Part shown: positions 61,441 through 64,000 of the stretch, one piece after another | Position numbering within the stretch: the stretch's first letter is position 1 | How the letters are laid out: each line of letters begins with the position of its first letter | Assembly: GCA_963749495.1 (NCBI GenBank) | Contig: CAVVMW010000015.1 | Location: forward strand, 462,777 to 526,776 | Direction: 5' to 3' | From: an uncultured bacterium | GTDB taxonomy: Bacteria; Verrucomicrobiota; Verrucomicrobiia; Limisphaerales; UBA8199 | DNA length: 64,000 bases | Translations under genes and position numbers: made by a program | The notes under the pieces: model-generated | The model's input: the letters and a program-made list of their open reading frames with translations, nothing else | The model's database searches: none | Told to the model about the DNA's origin: nothing

Positions 61441-62330
61441 ATGGATATAAAAAAAGTTCTCCTCACGCAATCCTGAACCGCTTTGCCGATGACCTGGCTC
61501 TGCTGCCGCTCCAGCCCCGAAGCCAAGAGATCTACTGGGTCTGTGTACGCCAACTCTCCGATCACTTTGAGCGCTCGCCCAACTTGGTCAGCGCCGAGGA
61601 ACTGCGCCAGTATTTCATCCATCTCAAGACCGAGCGGCACTTGGCCCGCCAAACCTCCACGCAGGCTTTGTGTGCCATCAAACTCTTCTGGGAGAAAACC
61701 CTCCAGCGGCCCTGGCCCGCGGAACTGGAGTTTGTGCGCGCCACGCCCCAATTCAAGCTGCCAGTTATCCTCTCGGCCTCCGAGGTGCGCACGATTATCG
61801 CCCAGGTTGGCCCTCTGGACCATCGGGTCGCCCTGACGACCATCTACTCCTGTGGCCTGCGCTTGGGCGAAGCCGTCAACCTGGAAGTCGGCGACATCGA
61901 TTCCCAACGGATGTTCTTGCACATCCGGGCGGGCAAGGGCAACCGCAACCGTTATGTGCCCTTGCCCCAGCGCACCCTGGAACTGCTGCGCGAACTCTGG
62001 CGCAGCCACCGCCATCCACGATGGCTCTTCCCAGCTAAAGGCCACAGCGGTCTGGGCGCTCTTACCGCCACCGAGCCCATGAACCGCACCACGCTGCAAC
62101 GAGCCTTCCGTCTGGCCCTGCACGCCAGCGGCATCAACAAGGCGGCCCACATTCATACGCTGCGCCACAGCTATGCCACCCACCTGCTGGAGCAAGGCGA
62201 AAACCTCCGCCAATTGCAGGTCAACCTCGGCCATCACAGCCCCGTCACCACCGTCATCTACACCCACTTAACCACCCTCTGTCAGACTCAGCACCAGCAG
62301 CGCATTAACAAGTTCATGGGCGACCTCTAG
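61441..62330 (+). CDS. Tyrosine recombinase/integrase (ATG 61441 out of frame across an A7 run, or an upstream alternative start)
   Basis: YSCGLRLGE, GKGNRNR, HTLRHSYATHLL, LGH, TVIYTH catalytic residues. Confidence 0.9.
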
Positions 62331-62341
62331 GCGGCCTCTCA

Positions 62342-63583
62342 ATGGCCGCAGCCGCTCAGGACAGCGGCAGCTCCTTATCCGTCCACGAAGTGTTGTGCCG
62401 ATGGGCTCCGGCCTATCTGGAGCAGTTCGGAGCTGCCATGCCCACCCGCCAGTGCCGGGTGCTGCAACGCCTCTTGGCTTGCCGCACCCCGGCCCTGGGC
62501 GGGGCGATGTACTGTTGCCCCAAGTGCGACCACCGCCACTTCAGTTATCACTCCTGCAACGACCGGCACTGCCCGCAGTGCGGCGGCCAGGATGCCCAGC
62601 AGTGGCTTGATGAGAATAGCGCCCTGTTGCTGCCGGTGAACTATTTCCTGGTCACCTTCACCGTGCCCAACGGCTTGCGCCGCTGGATCCGCTCTCACCC
62701 CCAAAAGGGCTATGACCTGCTACTGGCCTCCAGTTCCCAGGCCCTGCAGGATCTGGCTCAAAATCCCAAACGCCTCGGCGCCACCCTCGGTATGCTGGGC
62801 GTGCTCCACACCTGGACGCGCACCCTCGAATACCATCCCCACGTCCACTACCTGGTGCCCGGCGGGGGCCTCAGCCCGGACCAGCGCCAGTGGATCTCCA
62901 GCCGCCCTCGGTTCCTGTTGCCGGTCAAAGCCCTGAGCGATCGCTGCCGCACGCTTTACCACCAGGCACTCCAAGAGCAGATGCCCGAGGCCCTTGATGA
63001 CCTCCCGGCCAACCTCTGGCAGCAACGCTGGGTCGTTCACAGCGCTGCTGTCGGCAGGGGCCAAAAGGCGTTGCGCTACCTCAGCCGTTACGTGTTTAAA
63101 ACCGCCACCGGCAATCGCCAACTCCAATTGCTGGCTGACGGACGCTTGCGCTGGCCCTTCCGCCACAGTGCCACGGGGGCTTGGGGCCACATGGACATGG
63201 CCCCCTTCGAGTTCCTCCGCCGCTTCCTCCAGCACGTCCTGCCGCCCAGATTCCATCGGGTCCGCCGCTTTGGCTGGCTCCATCCAGGGGGACGCGCCCA
63301 GTTCAACCGCATCCGAGCCCTGCTCAAAATACCGCCCTTACTCTCGGCGGCCGAGCAAGCCGCTTGGCAGCCTCCGACCTCCAGCCCGCCGACTGACCCG
63401 GCCTTGGCCGCTCAAGGAGTCTCCGCCCAGCCCACACCCCTGCCTGTCCGGCAGGCAGGCCTGCTTTGTCCGCATTGTGGCACCGGGTTGGTCCTGGTCG
63501 GCTCCTGGCGCCCATGGGACAACGTCATCCACTTGCCCGACGGCTCCCCCCTCGGCGTCCGCCGCACCATCAGGCCGCCATGA
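62342..63583 (+). CDS. IS91-family (Y2 HUH) transposase with Zn-binding domain
   Basis: CRTPALGG, YHSCNDRHCPQC, LHTW, HPHVHYLVPGGG, YLSRY, EFLRRFLQHVLP, RRFG. Confidence 0.93.
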   Translation: MAAAAQDSGSSLSVHEVLCRWAPAYLEQFGAAMPTRQCRVLQRLLACRTPALGGAMYCCPKCDHRHFSYHSCNDRHCPQCGGQDAQQWLDENSALLLPVNYFLVTFTVPNGLRRWIRSHPQKGYDLLLASSSQALQDLAQNPKRLGATLGMLGVLHTWTRTLEYHPHVHYLVPGGGLSPDQRQWISSRPRFLLPVKALSDRCRTLYHQALQEQMPEALDDLPANLWQQRWVVHSAAVGRGQKALRYLSRYVFKTATGNRQLQLLADGRLRWPFRHSATGAWGHMDMAPFEFLRRFLQHVLPPRFHRVRRFGWLHPGGRAQFNRIRALLKIPPLLSAAEQAAWQPPTSSPPTDPALAAQGVSAQPTPLPVRQAGLLCPHCGTGLVLVGSWRPWDNVIHLPDGSPLGVRRTIRPP

Positions 63584-64000
63584 AAACCACGCCCTGGACC
63601 ACCTCACTGCTCGTTCCGGCTGGGGGGCCAACTCCCACCCCCGCGCTTTGTTCGCGTGGCACCCGCTTCAGCGTCCCAAGGGGCCGGCGGCCGATCCCGG
63701 AACCTCCACGACGCTGCTGCCCAGTCAGCACCGGGACTGGCGCAGCTTGGCACGGCTCTGACCCGTCCCCAAAAGCCTCGACCGCACACCGTAGTCAAAG
63801 CCAGATCCGGCACTTTCCGCAGTACCCCCAAGGATGGCCCAACGAACCTTGGGCCGCGGCTTCGTTCAACCCAGGAATGTAGAGAACACGGGGGCGGACC
63901 CAACTTCTCCAAAGTCACTTCTGTATTCCCAAGTCCCGCCTTATCTCGCCCCCGCGTTCTCTACATTCCTTTTTCTGTTGCGCGGAACGCGCTACCCTGG

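Larger units (their letters stand above)
61271..63980 (+). mobile_element. Tyrosine recombinase + IS91-family transposase element inserted in a REP-like hairpin
   Basis: GTTG directly repeated at 61267-61270 and 63977-63980; empty site rebuilds hairpin CCAGGGTTGCGCGGAACGCGCTACCCTGG. Confidence 0.85.

Noticed and set aside
61441..62330. Integron integrase with cassette array
   Set aside because: Lacks the IntI-specific insertion, is paired with an IS91 transposase, and no attC array was found.
63580..63882. 100-aa ORF overlapping the transposase stop (ATGA)
   Set aside because: No recognisable motifs and it runs into the end structures; cannot be supported as a gene.

Overview
High-GC bacterial chromosomal segment. 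The gene repertoire (prepilin/H-X9-DG protein, PVC-type ECF sigma factor with a kinase-TPR partner, MoxR-vWA 'Bat' operon) suggests Verrucomicrobiota; this is an inference. 1-24 kb is mostly core genome: ybaB, dnaX, SRP RNA, an orphan DNA methyltransferase, ygfA-rny, skp, moxR-DUF58-batABC, nrdR, two APC permeases around a PemK-type toxin-antitoxin pair, and tRNA-Gly(GCC). 24-38 kb holds accessory secreted and sugar-related genes plus tal. 38.7-52.8 kb is a phosphorus-acquisition region: Pho-box-like repeats, a phoU fusion, pstSCABB, and phnW/phnX-like/MFS/pbfA. 54-61 kb has an LRR surface protein, an ECF sigma factor and a decayed kinase-TPR gene. 61.3-64 kb is a tyrosine-recombinase plus IS91-type HUH transposase element. 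The most striking layer is non-coding or semi-coding: (i) modular heptamer arrays at every junction of the Bat operon that keep reading frames open and translationally coupled; (ii) two unrelated mobile elements, each inserted inside a REP-like hairpin whose empty site can be rebuilt; (iii) two small non-autonomous element families, one with CTAG duplications and one with 9-bp duplications, caught inside genes; (iv) 9-mer inverted arrays flanking a GxxExxY gene remnant. About 15 single-base frameshifts after ~19.6 kb are probably assembly indels. All protein calls come from motif recognition by eye, not database searches.
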